This document shows positions 20,458 to 31,361 of a stretch of 64,000 nt of DNA, piece by piece; position 1 is the first letter of the stretch; each line of letters begins with the position of its first letter. The notes beneath the pieces are model-generated. The model was not told where the DNA came from. It did not search any database and saw nothing but the letters and a program-made list of their open reading frames with translations. This stretch comes from Promethearchaeota archaeon. Lineage in GTDB: Archaea; Asgardarchaeota; Lokiarchaeia; Sigyniarchaeales; SOKP01. Where the stretch lies: contig JAFGOA010000014.1 in NCBI GenBank assembly GCA_016926735.1, forward strand, positions 1-64,000, written 5' to 3'. Made by a program: the position numbers and the translations under genes.

Positions 20458-21669
20458 TTAGGAATATAGTCTTGATTCAATACAATTATTTTTTACTTTA
20501 TTCATAACCTTATCAATTGCATTGAGGAAATCTTCATCCTTTATTATATCAGAATCTCTTCTAATAGCAAACATACCTGCCTCAGTACATATGGCTTTTA
20601 TATCCGCTCCTGTTGTTCCTTCTGTAATTTTAATATATTTATTAAGATTATCTCTATTTTCAATATTTAATTTCCTTATATGAATTTTAAAAATAGATTC
20701 TCTTTCAACTTCATTTGGTATTTGAAATTCTATCATCCGATCAAATCTTCCGGGACGTAGTAAAGCAGGATCTAAAATATCGACTCTATTTGTAGCACCA
20801 ATAATTTTTACATCTCCTCTAGATTCAAAACCATCAAGTTCACTTAATAATTGCATGAGTGTTCTTTGAACCTCTCTATCTCCAGAAGTAGCAATTTTTA
20901 ATCTTTGAGATCCAATAGCATCTAATTCATCAATAAATAAGATAGTTGGTGCTTTTTCTTTTGCCAAATTAAAAATCTCTCTCACTAAACGTGCTCCTTC
21001 TCCAATAAATTTTTGTACCAATTCAGATCCAATTATTCTAATAAATGATGCTTCTGTTTCATGAGCAACTGCTTTTGCTACTAATGTTTTTCCTGTTCCA
21101 GGAGCGCCATGTAATAAAACACCTTTAGGAGGATCTATTCCGATTTTAGCAAATAATTCTGGTTTTTTTAAAGGTAATTCTACAGTTTCTCTCACTTCTA
21201 ATAATTGTTCTTCAAGTCCACCTATATCATTATAAGTTACATCTGGAACTCCATCTATCACTTCCATACCTTTTACAAATGGATCTAATTTTGTTGGTAG
21301 AATTTCCATTATTGCAAATGTTCTCTGATTAAGAGCAACCCTCATACCTGAATATAATTTATCATTCTTTACTTTTCGACTAGCATTTACCACGAAACTT
21401 GGCCCTGTTGAGCTTTTAACTATTGCTCTTCCTTTATTCTCATCTAAAATATCTATTACAGTAGCAGATACTAATGGAGGTTCTCTTAAACGATCGATTT
21501 CATTTCTTAGACTATGTAATTCCTGTTCTAATCTTAATCTTTCAGCATCTAATAATTGCTTTTCTGTTTCTAAATTTCGAAGTCTTTTTTCCAGATGCCT
21601 CGTATAAGTGATTAGATACTCTCCATCTTTTGTTTCTTTTTCCTTTTTTTTGATCTTTGTTGTTGTCAA
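20458..21669 (-). CDS. pan: proteasome-activating nucleotidase
   Basis: N-terminal coiled coil and OB domain, [35 protein letters not shown]-terminal HbYX motif (LYS); TTG start. Confidence 0.96.
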   Translation of the reverse strand: MTTTKIKKKEKETKDGEYLITYTRHLEKRLRNLETEKQLLDAERLRLEQELHSLRNEIDRLREPPLVSATVIDILDENKGRAIVKSSTGPSFVVNASRKVKNDKLYSGMRVALNQRTFAIMEILPTKLDPFVKGMEVIDGVPDVTYNDIGGLEEQLLEVRETVELPLKKPELFAKIGIDPPKGVLLHGAPGTGKTLVAKAVAHETEASFIRIIGSELVQKFIGEGARLVREIFNLAKEKAPTILFIDELDAIGSQRLKIATSGDREVQRTLMQLLSELDGFESRGDVKIIGATNRVDILDPALLRPGRFDRMIEFQIPNEVERESIFKIHIRKLNIENRDNLNKYIKITEGTTGADIKAICTEAGMFAIRRDSDIIKDEDFLNAIDKVMNKVKNNCIESRLYS

Positions 21670-21746
21670 ATAGAATTTACCATATTTATTTTTTATTTTT
21701 TCTCTTATTTTATTAAAGATCCTCTACAAATTTATATTTATTTATA

Positions 21747-21772
21747 TCTCCTTTTGTGTTTAAAAAAGGAGA
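21747..21772. promoter_or_regulatory. 9-bp inverted repeat upstream of pan
   Basis: TCTCCTTTT-N8-AAAAGGAGA; function not established. Confidence 0.4.
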
Positions 21773-22138
21773 GCTATAAAAAATTTTTACTTTATATTAT
21801 ATCAACTGTTTATTAAAAAAACTTATAATTTCCTATATAAATCAAAAATTCTTTCACTCTCTTCTATTTTAAATTGCTATTTTTCTCACTGAAAGATAGT
21901 TGATGAAAGCAATTGTTGGGATAACTCTGTAAATTCAAAGAATGCGTTGTTAAAGATGTAAGTCAAGATTATGAATTATATCATTTTATATCAATTATAT
22001 CTGTTTGAAAGAACGGAGAAAAAAAGAAAAGAAACTAGTCTTTTAAAAAAAAATTTCCTTGAAAGAAGGTGTTTTCTTGAGTAATCATGATAAATTATAA
22101 GAGTTACGAATATAATATTTACATAAATAAAATAAAAA

Positions 22139-22681
22139 TTGAAAATCATGTCTCATAATAAAAAACATGATTTAGATAAAGAATGCCCAATATGTGGAGG
22201 AATTATTTGGGGTAGAGGATATCCTACTCTGATCGAAGGAGCTAAAATTGATGTTTGTCAAAATTGTGCTCAACATGGGAAAAAAATCTATTCTCCTCAA
22301 AAAAAAACCTTTAATAAGATCAATTATTCAAATCAAAAGAAAATACCCTCTAAAAAAGTTCAAGGTTTTTCAGAAAGGACAACAAAACCTGAATTAGAGA
22401 TTGTTGATGACTATTTCGAAAAAATCCGTAAAATAAGACAAAAAAATAACCTAACTCAAGAGCAATTTGCTCAAACTATTCACGAAAAAGAATCATTGAT
22501 AAAAAGAATTGAAGCTAATAAAGTAGTCCCCTCTTTAGAATTAGCAAAAAAAATTGAAAATGAATATCAAATCAAATTGATACATCAAGAAGATGTTGCA
22601 GATGTAAAAACAGATAAATATATGAAAAAAAATAAGGGTTCTACGCTTGGAGATCTTGCGTTTATAAAAAAGAAAAAATAA
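22139..22681 (+). CDS. mbf1: multiprotein bridging factor aMBF1
   Basis: CPICG...IEGAKIDVCQNC zinc ribbon, HTH (LTQEQFA...EKESLIKRIE), TLGDL tail. Confidence 0.92.
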   Translation: MKIMSHNKKHDLDKECPICGGIIWGRGYPTLIEGAKIDVCQNCAQHGKKIYSPQKKTFNKINYSNQKKIPSKKVQGFSERTTKPELEIVDDYFEKIRKIRQKNNLTQEQFAQTIHEKESLIKRIEANKVVPSLELAKKIENEYQIKLIHQEDVADVKTDKYMKKNKGSTLGDLAFIKKKK

Positions 22682-22690
22682 TAAATAATG

Positions 22691-23278
22691 TTAATCAATA
22701 GATAATTTTATTTTTTTATTTTGTACTATTTTTTCCTTTAAGAATTCTTTTATATCTTGATTTTCCTGAGCTACTAATTTGCCTCCACATTCTGGGCAAC
22801 GAAAATTTAACTCAAATGCTTCACTGAAGGGATATTTTATATTATTATCATCACATTCTTCACAAGCAAAAAAATAATTTTCTCTTTCATATTCTAATCT
22901 ATCTCTTAGTTTTTGTCTTAAGAGATTTTTTTTTTCCAATAAGATTTCCTCAATAAGATCAAATTCATGCCACCAGAAATAAATAAACCACCCTGTTGAT
23001 TTATCTCGTATCCGTCGAAATTGTGCTAATTTTTCTGAATATAATTTATATAAGGTTTTGCGAACAGTATTTAACTTTAAAATTTCTTCATCATTTGGCT
23101 CAAAATCTTTTTGACCTTTAATTCTTTCTTTTATATTTTCAGTAATATCCTCATCAGTAATATCTTCATCTACTGAATTTAATAATTCTTTTCCTACTTC
23201 TATTGCAATTTCTCCACCTATGATATATAAAAAAGATTGCAATAAAGGATCAAGTTCAGTCATATTTGGTTTACTCAT
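22691..23278 (-). CDS. tfe: transcription factor E alpha
   Basis: wHTH (ITDEDI...LNTVRKTLYKLY...TGWFIYFW) and C..C...FSEAFELNFRCPECG. Confidence 0.93.
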   Translation of the reverse strand: MSKPNMTELDPLLQSFLYIIGGEIAIEVGKELLNSVDEDITDEDITENIKERIKGQKDFEPNDEEILKLNTVRKTLYKLYSEKLAQFRRIRDKSTGWFIYFWWHEFDLIEEILLEKKNLLRQKLRDRLEYERENYFFACEECDDNNIKYPFSEAFELNFRCPECGGKLVAQENQDIKEFLKEKIVQNKKIKLSID

Positions 23279-23312
23279 ATAAAGTGATATATTATGTTAA
23301 ATCTTTAATATA

Positions 23313-24101
23313 TTATACTATAATAGAATATTGTTTTTCATAAGATTCATCATCAATTGTTACCGTTCGAATGAGTTTGCCTTTTCTTATTGCCATAATT
23401 CTCAGCATCATAGAATTCTTTTCATTTTTTGGTAATTCAAGATCTTCAATTTTATAATTATTCAATATAGTAATTTTTTTCCAATTTTCATTTAATTCCG
23501 ATTTAAAATCCCTTATTAGATTCTCAATAACTTTTTCAAGATTATTTTTAGTATTTGGAATGTCTCCTTTACAAAAGCCTATTCTTTGAGCTATATCATC
23601 TTCTTCAGGTTTCTTTTTTGATGGTTGAGGCAATCTTTTATTAGTCGTAACTTTGCTTGATTTATCTGCGGCAACACATGATAATAATAAATATCCAGAT
23701 TCTCTAATTATTTCTATTGCTTTTAATAATACTGTTTTATCTACTTCTCCTTTTATATCTGCTTTATAATTTTTTGTTTTTCCTGTTGATGCTTTTAATT
23801 TCCAATGGAGACCTATTTCTTTAAGTGTATCATTAATATCTCTTCCTGTAAAAAGAAGCCCCGTTACTGAAATACTGTCGCCAGGTATTGCTTCTACAAC
23901 AAACTCTTGTATAATATCTTCATACTCTAATGATGCTTTGAATGAAATCTTGGATGATGTTCTGCGAATCTCAATTGCTGGTCCAATAAATATTCCTTTT
24001 GAAAAACGATAAAAATGACGATGAACATCCATATGTTCTTTAGCAGGATTTTTTAATATAGGATTTTCTATAATTTGGTTTAAAAAATGCATATTTATCA
24101 A
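23313..24101 (-). CDS. hypothetical protein
   Basis: 262-aa ORF co-oriented with tfe; no family recognised. Confidence 0.65.
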   Translation of the reverse strand: MINMHFLNQIIENPILKNPAKEHMDVHRHFYRFSKGIFIGPAIEIRRTSSKISFKASLEYEDIIQEFVVEAIPGDSISVTGLLFTGRDINDTLKEIGLHWKLKASTGKTKNYKADIKGEVDKTVLLKAIEIIRESGYLLLSCVAADKSSKVTTNKRLPQPSKKKPEEDDIAQRIGFCKGDIPNTKNNLEKVIENLIRDFKSELNENWKKITILNNYKIEDLELPKNEKNSMMLRIMAIRKGKLIRTVTIDDESYEKQYSIIV

Positions 24102-24394
24102 TTCTTTACTATATTCAATATTCTATACTGTTAATATATTAGATAAAGGACTCATAACTTTAAACTTTTATTGTAGTAATTAATTGCTTTTTCCAGTTAA
24201 TATCCTAAAAATCATGATGAAATAGTAGAAGAATTACTCAAGAATTATCTTTTTTTATACTAGTTTCTAGATCTGTTCCAATATTTAACAACAGATAGAT
24301 TATGTTTTTTTTTTATTATAATTATATAACTATTAGTAAATTTAAAATTTAAAAATACATTAATATTGCTGTAAATAATAACTTTAGATTTAGA

Positions 24395-24610
24395 TTGGTT
24401 TTTTACATGTTAAGTCAAATTACAGATCCTTTACTATGGAGTTTAGCTTGGTTATTCATCATCATGGGGATGATTGTTTTTATACTATTACTTGTATATG
24501 TAAAATATGGAAGAGAGTTATCTATTAAATATTCTATAATATTCATTTTAATAGCTTCTGTACTTTTAGCATTTTCAATTCATTTCTTTCTACTAAGCTT
24601 TGGGATATAA
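24395..24610 (+). CDS. small 2-TM membrane protein
   Basis: Two hydrophobic helices; the start is probably the ATG at 24407. Confidence 0.55.
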   Translation: MVFYMLSQITDPLLWSLAWLFIIMGMIVFILLLVYVKYGRELSIKYSIIFILIASVLLAFSIHFFLLSFGI

Positions 24611-24734
24611 TATACTAAATATTACTTTTTCTTCTATTTTTCAAAATATAATTTTTAATGTTAAGGTTTAAAAAAAATGTAATCTGTAACTTTATAATTA
24701 TCTCTAAAAATAATTAACAGGTTAGAAATATAAA

Positions 24735-25187
24735 ATGTTACTTCAAAATAATGATACAATAATTTATGTTCTGGCTATATTAATAGCTACAGTCATTATA
24801 GGACTAATAATATACATTACCGTAATTCTTGTAGAATCAAAACATAAAGCTTCAGATAAAGCTTTATTGATTTTTCTATTAGCTCTTATAATTGTGGTTG
24901 TTATACCGATTCTTTTAGCAGTCATTGCTACAGTTTTAGATGCAATTGGAGACCCTTTAACTCAATTAAGAGATCCCCCCACACATAATTTCTTATTATA
25001 TTTGGTTCCGATTTTTGGATTCTTGTTGATTTTGGTTTGTACCAAATTTTTGATCGATCTTGATTGGAGTTCAGCATTATGGATTGCATTGTTAGCTATA
25101 TTTTTCCTATATATAATATTTACTGTAATTCCTGAATTATATACATTTATATGGGAGTTGGCTGGCCAGGGTCCACCCCCAATATAG
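24735..25187 (+). CDS. 4-TM membrane protein
   Basis: Four hydrophobic helices in 150 aa. Confidence 0.65.
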   Translation: MLLQNNDTIIYVLAILIATVIIGLIIYITVILVESKHKASDKALLIFLLALIIVVVIPILLAVIATVLDAIGDPLTQLRDPPTHNFLLYLVPIFGFLLILVCTKFLIDLDWSSALWIALLAIFFLYIIFTVIPELYTFIWELAGQGPPPI

Positions 25188-25289
25188 TTTAATATTAAAT
25201 TTTTTTTCTTTTTTTCTTAATAAAATTGAATTTACAAATAATTTAAAAAAAGCAAAATAAAAAGATATAAAAAATTTTGACAATTTAAA

Positions 25290-28200
25290 TTATATTTTTT
25301 CTTTTAATTTAAGTCTTGGAGCTAATCCTAATGACATCATTTCTTGAAGAAGTAATTTAAAAGCATAAGAGCAAATTACCTTTGAGATTGTTGTTCCTTC
25401 ACTACACACCGGACAATAGCGTTTATCTCGATTTCGATCATAAACAGCTAAAAGACCACATTTTTCACATACTAATATTATTGTTTTATCTGATTCATCA
25501 AGAAGTCTTTCTTTCAATAATAAAGCAGAACCATGACCAACTAAACAATCTCTTTCCATTTCTCCAAATCTTAACCCTCCTTCTCTGGCTCGACCTTCTG
25601 TTGGTTGTCGAGTTAAAATCTGAACAGGTCCCCTAGCTCTTGCATGGAGTTTATCTGCAACAAGATGATATAACTTTTGATAATAAATTGGAGCGCAATA
25701 AATTCCTGCTTCATATTTTCTTCCTGTAATCCCATTATACATTGTTTCTCTACCATTAAATTCAAACCCTGCTTTAACTAATTGTTCCTGTAATTCTGTT
25801 ATATTTTTCCACTCAAAAGCAGTAGCATCTCCTAATTTACCGGTATTACAAGCTATTTTTCCACTAATACCTTCAAATAATTGTCCTAAGGTCATTCTTG
25901 ATGGCATTGCATGGGGATTAATTATAATATCTGGGATAACTCCTGATGATGTAAAAGGCATATCTGCTTCATCAACCATAAGACCAAGTACTCCTTTTTG
26001 ACCATGTCTTGAGGAAAATTTATCTCCTAATTCAGGAATTCTAAGATCTCTAACTTTTATCTTTACAAGTTTATTTCCATCAACTGTCTCTGATATAAGT
26101 ACTGTATCAACAATTCCTTTTTCATTGTGTCTCATATTTTTCGAAGTTTCACGTCTATTTGGTTGCATTAATTCAAATTCTTCATATGATTTTATGAATC
26201 TAGGTGGTGAAGTTCTTCCAATTAGTACATCTCCTCCATTAACTTTTGTTTCTGGTTCGATTATCCCATCGTTTTCTGATAATAGACGATATGATTCTGC
26301 TGATTTAAATCCTCGAACCCCCCTCTCCGGAATCTCAAATTTATCAACTTCTCCTCCAGGGTATTTTCGTTCTTCTGCATCATACGTTCTGAAAAAATGA
26401 CTTCTAGCAAGCCCTCGCTCTATTGAAGCTTTATTTATTATAATAGCATCTTCAATATTAAAACCTTCAAAACTCATCATAGCGATTAAGAAATTCTGCC
26501 CTGCAGGTCTTTTATTAAATCCTACAATTTCCATTGGACTTGTTTTCACTAATGGTTGTTGTGGATAATGTAATGTGTGCCCCCTTGTATCAAGCCTTAA
26601 ATGCATATTTGCTGCAAATAATCCTAAAGCTTGCTTAACCATACCTGCTTCATAAGTGTTTCTTGGAGATTGATTATGTTCTGGAAAGGGGATAATTGAA
26701 GCGCAAATTCCTAGAATTGCTGCGGGTGATATCTCTAAATGGGTATGTTCTGGTTTTACCTCCTCCTCAAACATTGCTATATATGCATTTTCTTCTTCTT
26801 CAGCATCTAAATACTCTATAATTCCTTTATCAATAAGATCTGACCAACCCAACTTTCCTTGTCCTATTTTTTCAACATAATCGATCGTGATCTGTGATTT
26901 CATATTTCTTAGTATCAATAAAGGTCTTGTAGCTCTCCCAGCATCACAATTAATCTGAATTTCTTTTGAATCACGATAATATCCTATATTAACATATTGT
27001 GCGATTTCTCCTCTTCTACGTTTCTCTCTAATTTCTCTAATAAACGCATTGTATTTCTGGTGGATTCCAACTAATTTTCCATTGAGAAATACTTTAACTT
27101 TTTCTCCCTTTACATTTTTTACTTCATTAATTGGAACTACACCTAAATCAACTAAAATATTTTCAATAATTCTCGCATCAGAACCTACAGAAATAATAGA
27201 TGATAATCCAAGATTTTTTACAAGACCGCAATTTGGACCTTCCGGTGTCTCTGCAGGACAAATTTTACCCCATTGTGTTGGATGAAGATCTCGGGCTTCA
27301 AAATGTGGTTGAGAACGACTTAATGGTGAAATTACTCTTCTGAGGTGACTTAATGTTCCAACATGATTTGTACGATTTAAAAGTTGGCTTACTCCTGCTT
27401 TTCCCCCCACCCAATTTCCTGTTGCTAAAGCATGTCTGATTCTTTCAGTGATAACATCTGCTCTTACTGCAGTTTTTATGTTTGGAGCTCTACCTCTTAC
27501 AGCTGTACGTTCAAGTTGATATTTTATATCTTTTACAAGGTTGAGAAATGCAACCCTAAATAGAGATGTAAATAAATCTCCTGCAAGTTTTAAACGTTTA
27601 TTTGCATAATGATCTTTATCATCTGGTTCTCTAAGGGTTAATGCCAATTCCATTACCTTTTGAGCCATTTGACCTAAATAATAAGATTTCTTAATTCGAT
27701 CTTCTTCATTATTTCCAATATGTGGAAGAAGATATCTATCTAATACTTGTAATGCTCTTCTGATACGATAATCTTTTGTTTGTCCTATAGCTACTCTTTT
27801 TCCAATATAATCAAGAGCGTTTTGTTGAGATTTTTTAGGATCTTTTAAAACCTGTATTTCTGAAGCAACATCTATAACAGGGATTAATTCTTTTTGAATC
27901 TCCTCGTTCTCAGATATGGCTGTAAAGATTTCGCGATCAGAATGAAGTCCTAAAGCTCGCATTAAGATTGCTAATGGAATTTTACCTGGAACAGAGGGAA
28001 ATGAAACCCTTAAATTACCATCTTTTTTTCTTTCAATTGTAACTGGTGCTCTGAAACCACTTCTTGTAGAAAATACCTTAGCTTGATGAGTTGCACTTGA
28101 ACTCCTACTTGCCTCCTCTGCAAGAATCCGATTGGGAGCTAAATCTTCTTGAGTTACTAAAACTCGTTCTGTTCCATTTATTATAAAATATCCACCAGGA

Positions 28201-28693
28201 TCTAAAGGATCTTCTCCTTTATTTATTAATTCTTGTTCTGAAATATGTTCTAATGGACATCGACAACTTTTCAACATTATTGGAATTTTACCAATATATA
28301 TTTCAAGAGTCTCTTCAGGTTCTTCTCTTTGAGTTCTTTCATCGATAGTAATTGGAGTCATTTCTAAAGTTATGTCTGCAGCATAACTTAGTTCTCGAAT
28401 TCTAGCTTCAATTGGAGTTATCTCCATTGTAGCGCCGTCAGCTTCTCGAACTTTTGGTTTTCCTACATTTATTTTACCGAATTTGATTTTAAAGCCGGGT
28501 ATTTCCTGTAAAATCATGAAATATGATTTAATATATCAGGTACAACTTCCCCGCTTTCATCAACTATTTGTTGCATTTCATTTTCGATAAAATCATTATA
28601 TGAATCCAAATGTTGTCGAACTAAGCCTTTTTCATCAAATAGACTCTTAAGTACTACCCATTTATCCTCATTAGATAATTTTTCAATGCTCAT
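25290..28693 (-). CDS. rpoB: DNA-directed RNA polymerase subunit B (fused B''/B' type), two exons: 28693-28535 and 28502-25290, 1123 aa after splicing
   Basis: The track ORF 25290..28517 has GGYFIINGTERV, GDKFSSRHGQKG and GGLRFGEMERD but lacks the N-terminus. The conserved N-terminus (MSIEK...GLVRQHLDSYNDFI...GEVVPD) lies in another frame at 28693-28535. Confidence 0.95.
28503..28534 (-). other. candidate 32-nt bulge-helix-bulge mRNA intron in rpoB
   Basis: mRNA reads GTA-CCTG-AT^A-TA-TT-AAATCAT-ATTTC-ATGATTT-TA-CAGG-AA^A-TAC: outer helix, 4-bp central helix, two 3-nt bulges and an inner hairpin. Excision gives in-frame V-P-D-I-P-G. Confidence 0.85.
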
Positions 28694-28736
28694 AGTATTA
28701 TCCTAATTAGATTAAATTAATTAAAAAGAAAAGTCT

Positions 28737-28994
28737 TTAAACCTTTTCTTTAATGACAAATCTGTAATAATATATTTGAGAGACTGTTGTATCAGAATCT
28801 CTTATAATTTTAATAACATCTCCTTCTTTTGCTCCAATTGCAATCGCAACTGGATCTTTCTCAAATATTTGGGGAAGATCTGTTAATTGAATTTTATATT
28901 TTGCTAACAGATCTTCAGTCTCAGATTTAGTTAAAAGAATATGCTTCGGTACTAATTTATGAAGAAGCACATCCACTCTTTTTTTCTTAGTCAA
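28737..28994 (-). CDS. rpoH: RNA polymerase subunit H (Rpo5)
   Basis: HKLVPKH..L...LPQI...DPVA..IGAK.GDVIKI.R...YYRFV; directly upstream of rpoB. Confidence 0.96.
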   Translation of the reverse strand: MTKKKRVDVLLHKLVPKHILLTKSETEDLLAKYKIQLTDLPQIFEKDPVAIAIGAKEGDVIKIIRDSDTTVSQIYYYRFVIKEKV

Positions 28995-29296
28995 GGAAAT
29001 ATCCTCATTTTAAAATTAATATTAATAAGAATGTATTTCTAAAAAGTTTTTTTATTTTATTTATTTCGAGGTTTTTTTTTAACTTATTTAATTCTAAAAT
29101 TCTTGGTGGAAAAAATCTTTATTTTCTGTAATTGGTATAAAAATTAAGAAGAGATATATTTTATAATATTAAGCTATACTATTAATCAATTGATTTCAGA
29201 GAATAAATAGATTCCAAATAGTATCGAAATCTTATCAGATATAAAAAAAAAAAAAAATATAAAAAAAAATATACAAATCTAGTTTGTAAAATTACC

Positions 29297-30223
29297 TTAG
29301 TTTTGAATATCTCTGTTCTTAAAATATAAAAATCCTGAAAATAGAATGCATAATCCCATTGTAAGCACTATTATAAAAGAGATTATTGGATGGACATAAT
29401 TGGTTTCAACTGGAACTGATCCTGAATATTTCGCTATTCCCATTGTCATAACATGTTGAAGTAGATCAGGTGAAAGATTGAGTACTCCCTTTAACATGGA
29501 GTAAAGGAGATTTACAAAATGATAATGAATATCAACCCAATATAAATAAAATTGTTCATAAGGGGGATTCCCATCGGATGAGACTAAAAGGAACATTTTC
29601 ATAAATGGAAATATGAGAAAAAATACCATTAAAATCATCAATGGGATGAAAAGAGCATTTCTAGGTTTAGACACTAAGCACGAGATACCTATAGTAACAC
29701 TTTGAAATATAAAGAGTACCAGTGTCCAATTCAAAAGATTTATTATATAAAAGAGAAAGATATCTTGGAATGGAAATCTCAAATATATGCTTATACATAT
29801 AATACTTAGAGATGATGATATTATTATTAATCCAAATATAAGACTCGCAAAAAACTTAGATAGAAATATATTCCTTCTTGAAATGGGATAGCTTACTAAG
29901 GTGAGCATTGTACCTTGGTTAACTTCCGCAGAGATTAAAGGAGCACTATTTAAAGATATAATAATCAGTAATGTAGGCATATAGATAAGATAAAAAACGA
30001 GGAAAAATGTTCCTTCCATAATCGAGGAATTAGTAGTCAATCCATTAGTATCGATACTAAAAGCTAATATTATAGGAATAAATAAGAGTACTAGTATTCC
30101 CCCTATTAATCTTGGAAGTGTGCCTATATCCCCAAATAATGTCTTCTTAAAAATTTCAATTGTAGGATTCGATTTTCCCCTATTGGTTAGCTCGAATTGT
30201 TCTGTGTTTGTATTTTCTGTCAT
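29297..30223 (-). CDS. ABC-2 type transporter permease
   Basis: About 6 TM segments; ISAEVNQGTM..LVSYPISR..IFLSKF motif. Confidence 0.85.
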   Translation of the reverse strand: MTENTNTEQFELTNRGKSNPTIEIFKKTLFGDIGTLPRLIGGILVLLFIPIILAFSIDTNGLTTNSSIMEGTFFLVFYLIYMPTLLIIISLNSAPLISAEVNQGTMLTLVSYPISRRNIFLSKFFASLIFGLIIISSSLSIICISIYLRFPFQDIFLFYIINLLNWTLVLFIFQSVTIGISCLVSKPRNALFIPLMILMVFFLIFPFMKMFLLVSSDGNPPYEQFYLYWVDIHYHFVNLLYSMLKGVLNLSPDLLQHVMTMGIAKYSGSVPVETNYVHPIISFIIVLTMGLCILFSGFLYFKNRDIQN

Positions 30224-30225
30224 AA

Positions 30226-31206
30226 TTATATCCCCCTAAAATTATCATTCATCATTTCTAAAAATATATCTTCTAAAGTGAACTCCTCTTGGGAAAATTT
30301 CTCTAATAAGATGTTATTATTAATGAGGATTTTCGGTACTTTTTGCTTTAGTGTATGAGTATCGCTAGGGATAATATGAATATTTAGACCTCGAGCATCA
30401 ATCCATACTTTTTCAATAAACTCCTGATTTTCTAAGAGCTTTAACGCTTCTTTGTTTGAGTTAGTATTTAATATATATACATTATTTGCTTTTGAGTGCG
30501 TTTCTTTAATATTTTCAATTTTATTTGTAAGCACAATTTTCCCTTTATTGATAATCGTGATATAATCGCACATTTGCTCAATCTCAGATAATACATGGCT
30601 TGACACAAAAACACAAATATTTTTTGATAGTGCTCGAATTTCTTTAATAATCTCAGCACGACCTACGGGATCTAGATTTGAAGTAGGCTCATCTAAAATA
30701 AGCACGTGTGGTTCTTTTATTAACGCCGAAGCTAAAGCTATTTTCTGCTTCATCCCTCTGGAATAGGTTTTTATCTTTCTATTTTTTGCTTCTGTTAAAT
30801 TAAACTGCTTTAACAACTCTTTGGTCTTTTCTATTGCTTTTTCTTTACCAAATCCGCTAACTCTCCCAAAATATTGTAGATATTGCTCTCCTGTCATTCT
30901 ACCATAAAGTGCTGGATCTTGAGGGAGAAATCCTATGAACTTTTTTGCATCTTGAGATCCTGCATTATTTCCTTTTATCTTAGCTTGTCCATTTGTAATG
31001 GAAATCGCCCCAACTAGCATATTAATTGTTGATGATTTACCTGCTCCATTAGGTCCTAAAAATCCATGAACACCTTTTTTAACAAATAAATTTATCTCAT
31101 CAACCGCAGTTATTTTTTGTTCTCCTTTACCATATATTTTTGTTAGCTCTTTACTCCAAATTTCCAATGAATTTGGATTAATATTCATACTTTTTACTTT
31201 AAGCAT
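30226..31206 (-). CDS. ABC transporter ATP-binding protein
   Basis: GPNGAGKS, YSRGMKQK, ILDEPT, SSH. Confidence 0.93.
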   Translation of the reverse strand: MLKVKSMNINPNSLEIWSKELTKIYGKGEQKITAVDEINLFVKKGVHGFLGPNGAGKSSTINMLVGAISITNGQAKIKGNNAGSQDAKKFIGFLPQDPALYGRMTGEQYLQYFGRVSGFGKEKAIEKTKELLKQFNLTEAKNRKIKTYSRGMKQKIALASALIKEPHVLILDEPTSNLDPVGRAEIIKEIRALSKNICVFVSSHVLSEIEQMCDYITIINKGKIVLTNKIENIKETHSKANNVYILNTNSNKEALKLLENQEFIEKVWIDARGLNIHIIPSDTHTLKQKVPKILINNNILLEKFSQEEFTLEDIFLEMMNDNFRGI

Positions 31207-31361
31207 AATCTTATCATGAATTTTTTTCTTTTCTTTATATTTAGTCTACAATATTATTTAAATATATAAAGAACAAAAAGTAATTTCAAATATACTCTTG
31301 TTCTTTTCTAACACACATCATAAATGTATATTACATTACCTATATTGAAATAATTATAGCA

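Noticed and set aside
21880-22030. Hammerhead ribozyme, SECIS, RNase P or SRP RNA assignment for the pan/mbf1 spacer
   Set aside because: The conserved core motifs are not properly matched, and there is no adjacent UGA-readthrough gene.
28494-28545. rpoB break as a sequencing frameshift or pseudogene
   Set aside because: The discrepancy is a 32-nt structured insert, not a homopolymer slip. The rest of this essential gene is intact and BHB-rule excision restores the expected spacing exactly.
347-30659. Short overlapping ORFs inside core genes (e.g. 347..550, 554..796, 1924..2211, 4336..4671, 13232..13678, 25382..25636)
   Set aside because: Shadow ORFs of well-supported genes, with no recognisable motifs.
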